This document shows, in pieces, positions 41,001 through 52,113 of a stretch of DNA of 64,000 nucleotides (positions within the stretch are counted from its first letter, which is position 1; every line of letters begins with the position of its first letter). The notes beneath the pieces are model-generated. The model saw only the letters and a list, made by a program, of their open reading frames with translations. It had not been told where the DNA came from and did no database searches. Origin of the DNA: Chiloscyllium plagiosum (lineage: Eukaryota). Where the stretch lies: positions 36,543,959 to 36,607,958 of the forward strand of contig NC_057719.1 in the NCBI RefSeq assembly GCF_004010195.1, in the 5' to 3' direction. The translations under genes and the position numbers were made by a program.

Positions 41001-41372
41001 GGCTTTATAGAGGTTTATGAAATCATGAGGCACATGGCTAGAGTAAATAGACAAAGCTTTTTCCCAGAGGTGGGATTCCAAAACTAGAGGGCATATGTTT
41101 AAGGTGACAGGGGTGAGATTTGAAAAGGACCTGAGGGGTAACTTTTTCACACAGAAGGTGGTACGTATATGGAAAGAGTTGTCAGAGAAAATGATGGAGT
41201 CATGACAATTAGAACATTTGAAAGGTATCTGGATGGGTATATGAATGGGAAGGGTTTAGAGAGATATGAGCCAAATGCTGGCAAATGAGACTAGACCAGT
41301 TTAAGGTATCTGGTTGGTGTAAACAAGTTAGACCAAGGAGTCTGTTTGCGTGCTGTATGATGCTATGTCTCT
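38100..41372 (+). mobile_element. Long degenerate CR1 LINE (38100-40940) plus a second CR1 3' end (40945-41372), interrupted by a solo LTR
   Basis: GDFNFPNIN, ANVVLLSKK..PGNYRPVSL, DFSKDFNKVP, KFADDTK remnants. Two CR1 3' regions in tandem. Confidence 0.8.
39355..39969. mobile_element. Solo LTR (615 bp) inserted in CR1
   Basis: TG...CA termini flanked by 4-bp TSD AATG (39351-39354 and 39970-39973). CR1 sequence resumes on both sides. Confidence 0.7.
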
Positions 41373-41731
41373 TCCTGCTATATGACTTTATTACATAATA
41401 AATGCTGTTGAACCATGCCAGAGAAACTTTACAGTAGGAATAGAATCATACAGTACAGAAGAGGCCCTTCAGCCCATCAAGTGAATCACCAAAACTAGGT
41501 ACATTTAGCCAAAAAGGAATTTCCTAGACTTAAATATAGAAAGTATTTCAATATGTCGGAGAAAGAGGTATTCACAATGATGATAATAAATATAAAATTG
41601 TACATGGCATGTATCAAAAATCTGTATTAAAATGTAACTTTATGAGCATCACACTATCCATTATAGAGAGTGCATATCAGGCAGAATCAAATTTAATGAT
41701 TTTGTTTTTTGCAAACACTGAAGCTGAATAC

Positions 41732-42191
41732 TCCGCCTAGGCCATGCAAGTCCTGGGCCTCCTCCACTGCCAAATCCAAGCCACCCAATGCCTGGAGGAA
41801 GAACACCTCATATTCTGCCTTGTGACCCTTCAACCACACAGCCTCAATGTGAATTCCACCAGTTTCCTCATCTTTTCCATCTCCCCACCTTATCCCAGAT
41901 TCAACCCTCCAACTCGATATCGCCCTTTTGAACTGTCCATCTTCCTTCCCACCTATTCGCTCCAACCTCCATTCTGACTTATCACCATCAGCCCCCACCT
42001 TCATTTATCTCAACTGGTAGCCTTCCAAATTACCTTCGCTCCAGCCCCACCTCGTTTATCTCTGAGCCCCCTTGGGCACCTCCCTTCACTCCTACATTTC
42101 TGATGAAGGGCTTATGCCCGAAACGTCGACTCTCCTCCTCCTCTGATGCTTCCTGACCTGCTGTGCTTTTCCAGCACCAAATGTTTTGACT
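41732..42191 (+). mobile_element. PLE 3' fragment (GIY-YIG C-terminus + 3'UTR + hammerhead)
   Basis: MQVLGLLHCQIQATQCLEEEHLIFCLVTLQPHSLNVN. Flanked by CTGAATAC at 41724-41731 and 42192-42199. Confidence 0.8.
42095..42133 (+). ncRNA. Minimal type I hammerhead ribozyme, intact core (family A)
   Basis: CTGATGA(42100-42106)-AGGGC ttat GCCC-GAAAC-GTC. Predicted cleavage after C42127. Confidence 0.72.
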
Positions 42192-42439
42192 CTGAATACC
42201 TGATTGGTCAGGCCAGCACAATTATATAACTACAAAATAATTTATATTTCATGATAAAATCAGATCTTTCTAACTTAAGGATTTTGTCTTCAGGTTCTTT
42301 GTAATCATCACCCTTCAGTTAAATGTACCCTGCATTTATATAGTGTCTGGACTGTAACAGAAAAATATTTCCAGGAATAAAATAAATACATATGCTCGAT
42401 AGCTTTAGCTATAAATTCTGTGATCATGATCTGATTCGC

Positions 42440-43590
42440 CACAACCACCTGATGTAAGAGCGGTGCTCCGAAAGCTACTGCTTCCAAATAAACCTGGTGA
42501 GACTATAAACTGGTGTAGTGTAATTTTTAACTCTATAGCTAAAATCTGAAAGAACTGCAGATGTTGTAAATCAGAAACAAAACAGAAGTTACTGGAGAAG
42601 CTCAGCTATTCTGGCAGCACCTGTGAAGAGAAATCAGAGTTAACATTTCGGTTTCAGTAAGCCTTCCTCAGAACTGATGGTAGCTAGGAAATGTCAGTTT
42701 ATATGCGGAAGGTAGGGTGGCAGAGGGGGATAAAGAGTAAATGATGGGTGGGGATAGAGGCAAAGAGAGAGAAGAATAGTTGGACAGACAACGGAGTGGA
42801 TAACAATCAGGCTGAGAGGATGAATAACTGTTAATGGAGACTGTTAGTGGCTAACAATAGGTAATCTGTAATGGCAGACTAAAAGATTACAAGGCCTAGT
42901 GTGTGGGGCAGTGGGCTAGGACATGGGAGAGGTCAGTCCCTAAACTTATTGAATTCGATATTGAGTCTGGGAGGCTGTAGGATCCCTAAGTGGAAAATGA
43001 GGTGTTGTTCTTCCAGCTTGCATGAGACGAAGATGTTGGCAAGGGAACAAGTTGGTGTGTTAAAGTGGCAGGCACTGGAAGCTCAGGGACTTTTCTGCAT
43101 GCAGAACATAGATATTCTGCGAGGCAGTCACCTAGTCTATGCTTCGTTCCCCCAATGTAGAGGTGACAACATTGTGAACAGCAAATGCAGTAGACTAGAT
43201 TGCAAGAAGTGCACGTGCTACTTTGTCTGGAAGGTATGTTTGGGTCCTTGGATACTGAGGAGGGAGGAGGTAAATGGGTAGGAGTTACACCTTGGGCAAT
43301 TGTAGGCCAAAGTGCGGTGTGGCTGTGGGGGATGTTGGGAATGAAGGAAGAATGGACTAGGTGTCGCAGAGGGAACAGTCCCTGCAGAAGGTGTACAATA
43401 GAGGGGAGGGGAATATGTGTCTACTGGTGACATCTAACTTGAGGTGGTGGAAATAGCTGCTGATAATCTTCTGTATGTGGATCTGGTGGGATGGTAGGAA
43501 AGGACAAGGGGAATCCTATTGCTGTTTGGGAGAGAAGAGAAGTGGTGAGGGCGGAAGTGTGGGAGATGTATCAGATCCAGTTGACGGCTA
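42440..43590. mobile_element. Family-B PLE terminal fragment (+, ~42440-42530) and degenerate family-D PLE (-, ~42545-43590)
   Basis: CAACCACCTGATGTAAGAGCGGTGCTCCGAAAGCTA on +. Minus-strand gttCTGAGGAAGGCTTACTGAAACCGAAATGTTaac at ~42639-42674. Remnants NRIPLVLSYHPT and CPRCNSYPFTSSLLSIQGPKHTFQ. Confidence 0.7.
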
Positions 43591-45780
43591 CTTGCCTTGA
43601 TGAGCTCATCTGAACCAATACTGAAGAGGCGTGACAATATACAGGTCAAAGTAGCTCACTTGGTAGGCACCGCATCCTACACCTTCAACACTCACTGCCT
43701 TCACCACAGATGCATCATGGCAGCAATGTGGACCTTCTATAAGATGCACTACAGTAACACACTAAGGCTTCTCCAACAGCACCTACCAAACTCACACCCT
43801 CAACCACCCAGAAAGACAAGGACAACAAACGCATGGAAATTATGACTACCTACAAGTTTTCCTCCAAGCCCCACACCATCCTAACGAGAAACTACATTGT
43901 CATTCCTTCTCTGTTGCTAGGTCAATATTCTGGTACTCCCTTCCTGACAATTGTTTGTGTCCCTACACCACAAGGACTGCAACAGGCTAAGATGGCCGTT
44001 CACCAACACTTTCTCAAAGACAATTAGGGGTGGCCTAGTCAACACCACCCACATCTCATGAAATATTTTTTTAAACGCTGAGTTTCAGAATTTTTCTTCT
44101 TTTGGGACCTTTTGAAGTAAGGTTGGGAGTTCATATCTTCTTCTCTGCCACAGTTTGGTTGTATTGTGTGATGCACATTGAATGCAGCAAGTGAATTGGG
44201 AGGTGAGAAGGCAAGCATTTGTTTAGGCCACCTCTACTAGATTCCCCTTCAATTCAGCAGTAAATAGTGATGTCCTTCAAAATGGCTGTTTGGTTACTCA
44301 GCCCAGTCAATATTCTGAGCTGTTTGTTTTCAGGATTGAAACTGCAACTTCCAGTATCATCTTACATTTGCAATCTTCCCACCTTTCCCATTGCTACAGG
44401 ACTTATTTGCATTGTAGTTGTGGTGGACAATAGTTTTCCTTCCTGCCTGTGCAAAGGGGCTTTACTGTGAGTACAGCTTGCACCAGTTGACCTCACGCTT
44501 AAGCCTAGAACTCCAATGTCATGTGAACTAGGAAAGTGACCGTGAGGTCTCCAATAGGTTTGGATTCAAAGTTTCCCTTTCCTCGTGGGTTGCAAACCAA
44601 GCTTGATGGGATTCCCCTTCCCTTGCTATTTCATCCAAAGCTGGTAACCAACAATGATAACCCACAGAATATGATATTCACGCCTTTGGTGTGATGATGA
44701 ATTGAGTTAGTTGGGTTGCTTGGTACCTTTCTACACTGGCAGTTACCTTTATGAAAGAAGACATCTGCCCAGGTAGTGTCATGTTTTTCATTTCTCCCTT
44801 CACTAAACCATGGTCGTTGGGAGTGAGCAGTGACAGTTGGGTGCAGATGAGGAACAGTGATCCAATCCATCCTAACAGTAGGATGCAGGTGACTGAAGGT
44901 ACAAAGGTCCTACCTCCGCCTGAACACTCCTTAAAACCTAGGCATTTGTTACTAAATCTTGGTGGCATCAGCTTGGTCTTCAGGAGCCCTGAAGGAATTA
45001 AATCTCTCAGGCTCAGTGCTCCATCGGAGAACATTTATTTGCTGAACTTCTACCATTAGAACAGAAATCCCATCAAGAACTGCCTTTGAGTGAGGGTTTC
45101 CACCTACGTAGCTGCAACTAAATCAAGAGGCTGTGCTTGTCATCTCTCTCTGTGTCAAGCCGCTGCCTGCCACTGTTTGAACATCACCAATAGGGGGATA
45201 TGCAGAAAACTGCTTCACTTAGGGGCCTCATTTGACACTCAGGTAGGAAGGTCTGCTCGTGGCCAACCCTCACTGAACTTAAATTGGGGTGAGAAGGGGA
45301 GACTACGTCCCCTACCCCACACCAGTCTGCTCAATGATGTGGCCTTGTTTGCCTCCTGGAGAGCATTAGGTTCCACCCCGCTGTTGTTATATCCTTCTAT
45401 AATTTAACTCCTATCCAATTCCCTTTCAAAATTACCATTGAATCACTCAACGGACACCTTATTTTAAATATTAACTGTTCAGCGAAAAAGATTTCCTGTC
45501 ATTTTGGTTCTTTAGTCAATCTTGTTAAAGCTGTGCTCTTTAGATATAAATCTTTCAACCATGTAAACCCAAAATTAATGCTAATGCACATCAATATCTT
45601 TATACTTCTGAGTGTACAAAATCTACTGTTGCTGGTTGCTACAAGTATTGGGTGGCAAAAATGTGCTATTCAGCAGGATCTTTCTGTTCAACTGAGTGGA
45701 AAAAACTCTGCCTCTAAAAGAATTGAGAACACAACATTGACAAAAGTTGTGATCGCAGAATCAGACTGGCTAACTAAGTA

Positions 45781-46593
45781 AGAGAAAGTGAGGGCTGGAG
45801 ATCAGAGTCGAGAATGTGGTGCTGGAAAAGCACAGCAAGTCAGGCAACATCTGAGGAGCAGGAAAATCGACGGTTTGGGCATAACCCCTTCATCAGGAAT
45901 GAGGCTTGTGAGTCGGGGCTGAGAGATAAATGGGAGGGGGGGTGGGGTTCGGGGGAGATAACTGCATGTCACTGGCAGAGTGGGAGGGGGAGGTGAAGTG
46001 TTCAGCCACGGGGTGGTGGGGTTGATGGATGTGTCCATTGTACCCGGTGTGGTCTCCTCTACATCAGGGAGACAGGATGCCTTCTTGCGGATCATTTCAG
46101 AGAACATCTCTGGGACACCCACACCCACCAACCCCACTGCTCCATGGCTGAACACTTTAACTCCCCCTCCCACTCCGTCAAGGACATGCAGGTCCAGGGC
46201 CTCCTCCACCGGCAAACCGTTACTACCCCCACACCTGGAGGAGGAACGCCTCACATTCCGCCCTGGGACCTTGCAACCACATGGGATAAATGTGCATTTC
46301 AACAGCTTCCTCATTTCCCCTCACCCCACATTATCCCAATCCCAAGCCTCCAACTCGGCACTGCCCTCCGGACCCATCCATCACTGCCCCCGCTGACCTA
46401 TCACCTTCTCCCTCACCTTCATCCGCCTATCACTTTCCCAGCCAGCCACCTCCCTCCAACCCCAAGCCACTCGCTTTTGTCTCTCAGCCCAGACCCACAA
46501 GCCTCATTCCTGATGAAGGGCTTATGCCAAAAATGTTGATTCTCCTGCTCCTTGGAAGCTGCCTGACCTGTTGTGCTTTTCCAGCACCACTCT
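45781..46593. mobile_element. PLE insertion with inverted halves (GIY-YIG remnants, two degenerate hammerheads)
   Basis: Perfect 15-bp TSD CTGGCTAACTAAGTA at 45766-45780 and 46594-46608. AEHFNSPSHSVKDMQVQGLL and EEERLTFRPGTLQPHGINVHF. Hammerhead remnants at ~45868-45896 (-) and ~46510-46537 (+). Confidence 0.85.
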
Positions 46594-47468
46594 CTGGCTA
46601 ACTAAGTAGTTCACATGATATACAAAGCGCAATGTTACCAATCTTTTGTGGGATATCCTTCACCACCAATGTACTGTGGCAATAGTGTGTATCAGTTATA
46701 AGATGCACTACAGCAACTCATCCAGGCAATTTTTACAATAGCTTCCAAATTCACTTCTGGCACTTAGAAGAACAAGGGTAGCCGATGCATGAGAACGTAA
46801 TTTCTTGTAAGTTCTCTTTGAGTCTCATGCTGACTTGGAACTATGCTGTCACTCCTTCACTGTCACTTGGTAAGAATCCAGTAATTCCTTGCAAATAACA
46901 CTGTGGGTCTATTTAAATCCCAAGGACTGCAAAAGTTCAGGAAAGCAGTTCATCAGTACTTTCTCCACAGTAATTAGGAATGGGCAATAAATGTGAGCCT
47001 AGCCAGCAATGCCCACATAACACGAAAGTAAGAAAAATGAAGATGTAACAGCTGTACTTTAGGATCCACACTTCAACTGATGCATTGTATAATTCTTTGA
47101 ACCACTGCAGTTCTTGAAGGAGTAATACTTCCATTACAGTGTTCGGTGGAAATGTAACTGAACACCATTTTCCATACAAAATCAAACATTACAGCTTGCA
47201 AGTAACTAAATATTCTGTTATTAATTTAGCTTTATGATTTCTAAATAAAATACAGGCTGTTAAAATAGAAATCTCTTTAAAATTCCATTTTTTCATTCCT
47301 ACACACTGTAAATGGCCACTATCAACATCAATGCATCTGCAAAAACTCTAATATTACTTGCTCGCACATACACCCCAATAATATGTCATGAATAGAGAAC
47401 TTGCAATATACAGCATCTCACAAATGCAAGAGGTGCTTGTATACTAATGTTCAGCAGACATATAGATC

Positions 47469-47801
47469 AAAGTTTGTGAGAAGATTTGTAGCTCGGGTGC
47501 TCATTTGTTGTGGTTCTGTTCGCCGAGCTGGGAGTTTGTGTTGCAGACGTTTCGTCCCCTGTCTAGGTGACATCCTCAGTGCTTGGGAGCCTCCTGTGAA
47601 GCGCTTCTGTGATCTTTCCTCCGGCATTTGTACTGGTTTGAATCTGCCGCTTCCGGTTGTCAGTTCCAGGTGACTGCAGATTCAAACCACTACAAATGCC
47701 GGAGGAAAGATCACAGAAGCGCTTCACAGGAGGCTCCCTCACCTAGACAGGGGACGAAACGTCTGCAACACAAACTCCCAGCTCGGCGAACAGAACCACA
47801 A
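47469..47801. mobile_element. Young palindromic PLE-type insertion (family C) with intact minus-strand hammerhead at ~47542-47583
   Basis: Perfect 14-bp TSD CAGACATATAGATC at 47455-47468 and 47802-47815. Near-perfect inverted arms. Minus-strand gca-CTGAGGA-TGTCACCT AGAC AGGGGAC-GAAAC-GTC-tgc. Confidence 0.82.
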
Positions 47802-48884
47802 CAGACATATAGATCTGACATATATTTAGATTGATGAAGGACAAATATCATAACCCATCTTTTCTCTACACAGATAGTTAGATTAACTATTTGTTTACAC
47901 AATTTTGTGTAGATTTCAGATTTTCAGCATTCACAGACTTTTTGTTTAATTTTATTCCATTTATATAGCAAAGGTCATGCTAGCAGTTTATTTTACTCTG
48001 CTGCCATCATCAGGTCAGAATTCATACAAAGGGCAGAATCTTTTAGTCTTAGACTACGAACATACAGACCCCAATCCTGCTGTGCCTGACAGGCACCCAA
48101 CTGGGAGATCTGCTGAGATGTGACCAATAAGGAGGCTGCTTCTGTGTCGACTATCTTGGGCAGATCCCTAAGGTTGAACACCCAGAGGACCCTCAGCCTT
48201 GGAAGGACAGCAGTCCTGCTTCTAGTGATGGGTTCTGACACTGTCAGAGAGAACATTAGGATGCTGACACTTTGAGGTGCCTTCTGAAGTGATATTAAAT
48301 TCAATTAAGTGAATGAGAGTAACAGTTGTGAGGCCTCTGGTTGTGGTGAGGAGACTGATGGCCTCTCCAAACTTGCAGATCAGTCGCCTGTCAACCTAGC
48401 ACTCAGTGTGGGAACCACTCACCACCAAAACGATTTACAGCGGAATGTCTAATTAGCCCACAAACAGGTACTTATTTATGCAGACTGTCTAGTCACTACT
48501 GACAGATGGGTAGCCTCCGTAGGTACTGATTCATCTCCAGGAAGATTGACCGGATGAGAATTTCTCAGATATTTCTCTGGTCCTCCCTTGACAGCTGCCT
48601 CCATGGTACCAGGAAGATTCCACTCAAGAAAAGTAGAGTACTAATATTATCTTAATACTGGTTGCATTCATACTATGAAAGCAAAAGCTGAGAAAATGTG
48701 TGCATTTTCCTTGAGGGACATAGCGATACCAGTCAACAGTGTTGTCAAACAGCTGTGAAATCTCGACTGCAAACATACACTAGATCTTCAATCTAAATTT
48801 GCACAAATTTTATTAGGTTGAAGGTGAAAAATACTCACTTGTATCTACCCTGTAAAAATAATCCAATCCAAAAGTCACATCAAT

Positions 48885-49770
48885 CAGCATTTCTTCTTCC
48901 CTTGGAATGAAGGATAACATGTTTCTATTCTAGTTTGGTGGGTTTTGAAATGGCTGATCAGTCCAATCCACAATCTACAGACTCTATCACAAATAGCACA
49001 TGAAGGGTTGGGTAAATGGGTTGTTTGTAGGCTTCCCCAACAGCTTGATTTCACTCCTGCATGTTCCAAACAAAGTCACTCAATGTGCATGGCACCCTCT
49101 CAAATGAGCTTTTTTCAACTTTGGTCAATCATAAGCCTGGATCTCCCATAAGTCAGCAAGTATGTTTGATCCTTTTATGGCTGCTTTAATGACATTGTTA
49201 AAGCGTTTCCTCAGGGTCCCTGGAAGTCTCCAGCTGTGACTGAGTTCTGAGTATAGCTTCGAACATTGTTTCGCAAGTCTGGTGTCAGGCACACAAATGA
49301 CATATTTCGCCAAGCAGAGCTGGTTTTGAGTGACTCTTGCCTTGATGCTGGGCATGTTGGTCTGCTAGCAGATTGGGAGAATTTTGTGAAGGCACTGTTA
49401 GTAGCACCTCTCCAGCGCTTTGAAGTCCAACCATATAGGAGAGCAGGAATCACTACTGTCTAGTAAATCATGCTCTTGCTCTCGAGTTTAAGGCTCTGGT
49501 CCCCAAATATTTCAGTTGGTCAAAGGCTGAGCTGACACACCTGAGGTGCAGTTGAATTTCATTGCTTATACCCACCTTTGTCGAAAGGAGGTTCCCAAGG
49601 TATACAACATGGACAATTTTCCAGGACTTTGTCACTGATTTTAGCCTAGAGAGGGAGGAGATGTTTCACTGAGTTGATTGGAAGATGACCTTGGTTTTCT
49701 AGGTCTGTAGTGAAGGGCCCATTTTCTCATATGCTTCAGAGAAAGGGTCAATATTTACCTGATGCTCAGG
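48885..49770 (-). mobile_element. RTE-clade LINE 3' portion, degenerate
   Basis: VIPALLYG, LYSELSHSWRLPGTLRKRFNNVIK and C-terminal zinc finger CAICDRVCRLWIGLISHFKTH. AAGAAGA tail. Confidence 0.8.
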
Positions 49771-49824
49771 TAAGTCCAAGTCCAGCCAACTGAGCTGATT
49801 AACCCCCAGTGTTGGTTGGCAATC

Positions 49825-50015
49825 AATTAGCTCAGTTGGCTAGATGATTAGCTTGCAATGCAGAGTGACATCAACAGCGTGTGTTCAATTCCCGCAGCAG
49901 ATGAAGTTATCATGAAGGATTCTCCTTCTCAACCTCCCCTTCACTTGAGGAATGATGACCCTCAGGTTAAATCACCAGTTCTTTCTCCCTGAGACAGCAA
50001 CTCTAATAATCTAAT
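49825..50015 (+). mobile_element. tRNA-derived SINE (second family); homolog at ~56137-56320
   Basis: A-box TAGCTCAGTTGG, B-box-like GTTCAATTCCC. The body CTCCTTCTCAACCT...GACCCTCAGGTTAAA is shared by both copies. Confidence 0.7.
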
Positions 50016-50027
50016 AGTGACCATCAT

Positions 50028-50711
50028 TGATGACAAAGGCTTCTGCCATCCAACAATTATATGATTGACTCCTGGATAGTTAAACAGCTTGTGGATGTGA
50101 ATACCTGGTTAGAAGCCAGCAGACATCCAAAATAGAAGATGCTGTCCTACTCTCTGTAGTAAAAAGCACATCAAGCCTGAGGAAAGCAGTTTATTTCCCC
50201 CACCAGTGGCTATAAGCTGTGGCTTTTAACCAATAAAGCAGAGATCTCATAAGGGCAAACCAGCCACCTTCTGCCTACTGTAAGCAAGTGAAAAATCGAG
50301 GAGCAGCAAATCCTCTCAAACCAAAAGAATCATCGCTGTAAACCTAGTGGGCAGGGATTAATGAACGCGTCCCTATTCTTTCCCTCGACCCATAAAACTC
50401 ATTATTTTTGTATCTCTCTCTCTCTCTGTCTATATGTGTCTGTACAAGGACTTATATAAGCAGGTTAGAGAGTTAGATAGTAGTTTTATATGCCAATGGT
50501 TCATAATTGTTACTTCTAACTGGTATTTATTTATTTGTAATAAACAGTAATCCTTGTTAAGTACAGAAATCTGCTCTGTCCTTCCTATCAGTTTGGGTCT
50601 AAAAGACTGAAAATTGGAGAATTTTGCATACTTTATAAAATCATTATTTTTTTTTGATGACTCCAGGAATAGTGAGGTTTGACTTGTGTATTACCTCAGA
50701 GAGGTGCAACA
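50028..50711 (+). mobile_element. Possible solo LTR
   Basis: TG start and CAACA end, internal (TC)n, AATAAA at ~50539. TSD is not convincing. Confidence 0.35.
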
Positions 50712-51471
50712 CTTTGACAAAAATGCGCAAGAAATACAAGACCCAAACATAAAGCTTTCATTGATTGAAAACCGGGACTCCCACCAACTGGGAACAGCAT
50801 GTTTCCCTCTAAGTCACTCACCATCCTGACATGGACCGACATCATTGTACCTTCACTGTTGAATGGGATCAAAATCTGGGCATTCCCTCCTTATCAGCTT
50901 TGTACAACATGGATTGCAGTAATTCAAGAAGCCGGTTCACCACACACTTTCTCCACAGCAATTAAGGATGGGCAATTATTGCTGGCCGAGGCAGCCATGA
51001 ATGAGTTTAAAAAATCTTCACCACACTCAAGGGAGAAGCAGCAGCCTGACTAGCACCATACAGAACAAATGACAGGTAGAAAAAAATGCAGGAGATTCAA
51101 TAAGTATCATATATCCATCAGCATAATATAAATATAAATCTGAATCTCAATCATGCATGATAAACACCACATTCTGTAAGATTAATACTGTACAGACAGA
51201 TTTCAACACCTCAACCCCAGCAATCAGATGCTTCAGCAACCATAAAAATTGCACCCACCCAGAAATGGAACAATATTCAACAAATCAAAGAAACATGATC
51301 AAAGCTAAAATTTATTATCAGATTTTTTTTTTAAAGTCCTCAATTTAATGATGATATATCTAAATATCAATGGCATTTTGTATGTACAATGTGGTGAGCA
51401 AGTGCACATTAATTATTTACAAATTAGTGAACAGAGCCACCTCGTGGCCATTATCTGCAATACTGTATGAC

Positions 51472-51562
51472 TCAACCACCTGATGAAGGAGCAGCACTCC
51501 AAAAGCTAGTGCTTCCAAATAAATCTGCTGGACTATAACCTGGTGTTGTGTGATTTTAACTT
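51472..51562 (+). mobile_element. Short family-B PLE terminal insertion starting at the hammerhead
   Basis: 13-bp TSD AATACTGTATGAC at 51459-51471 and 51563-51575. cac-CTGATGA-AGGAGCAGCACTCC-AAAAGCTA-gtg (GAAA core changed to AAAA). Confidence 0.75.
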
Positions 51563-51953
51563 AATACTGTATGACATTGACTAAATCAGAATGGGATACA
51601 CCACACAGCAATTTAAAATGGTACATGTGGATAGAAAAGAGTAAAAGTGTGGACAGAAAGTGGACATTTGATGTATGACTTTCAACAACAGACACTGATG
51701 TGGGCAGCAAAGTATTAAATGCATATACATATAATAGGATTTTCAGGCTCACAGTGACAGTCACCTTGAAACTAATAGCAATTGCCTTAAAATCCCCTCT
51801 GTTTCACTAAATTTAAAGAGGAAAATCTGCTGTCCTTTCCTCGTATGGTTGATATGTGACTTCAAACCCACAGCAATGTGATTGATTCTTAAATGCCCTC
51901 TATAACGACCCTAGCAAGCCACTCAGTTTAAAGCAATGAAGAATGAGTAGTAG

Positions 51954-52082
51954 GCTGAAGAAGGGCTTATGCCCGAAACGTCGATTCTCCTGTTCCCTGG
52001 ATGCTGCCTGACCTGCTGCGCTTTTCCAGCAACACATTTCCAGCTCTGATCTCCAGCATCTACAGACCTCACTTTCTCCTCA
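51954..52082 (+). mobile_element. 129-bp family-A PLE terminal insertion starting at an intact hammerhead core
   Basis: 15-bp TSD AAGAATGAGTAGTAG at 51939-51953 and 52083-52097. CTGAAGA(51955)-AGGGCTTATGCCC-GAAAC-GTC(51982). Confidence 0.8.
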
Positions 52083-52113
52083 AAGAATGAGTAGTAGTCC
52101 ATCTACCCTACAC

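Noticed and set aside
44100..45410. 100-118 aa ORFs possibly from an LTR-retrotransposon or unknown gene
   Set aside because: No recognisable gag, pol or other motif in the frames I read; cannot be supported without a search.
49825..49900. tRNA genes (also at 7415, 25683, 36765, 56137)
   Set aside because: A/B boxes continue into shared SINE bodies and no full cloverleaf forms.
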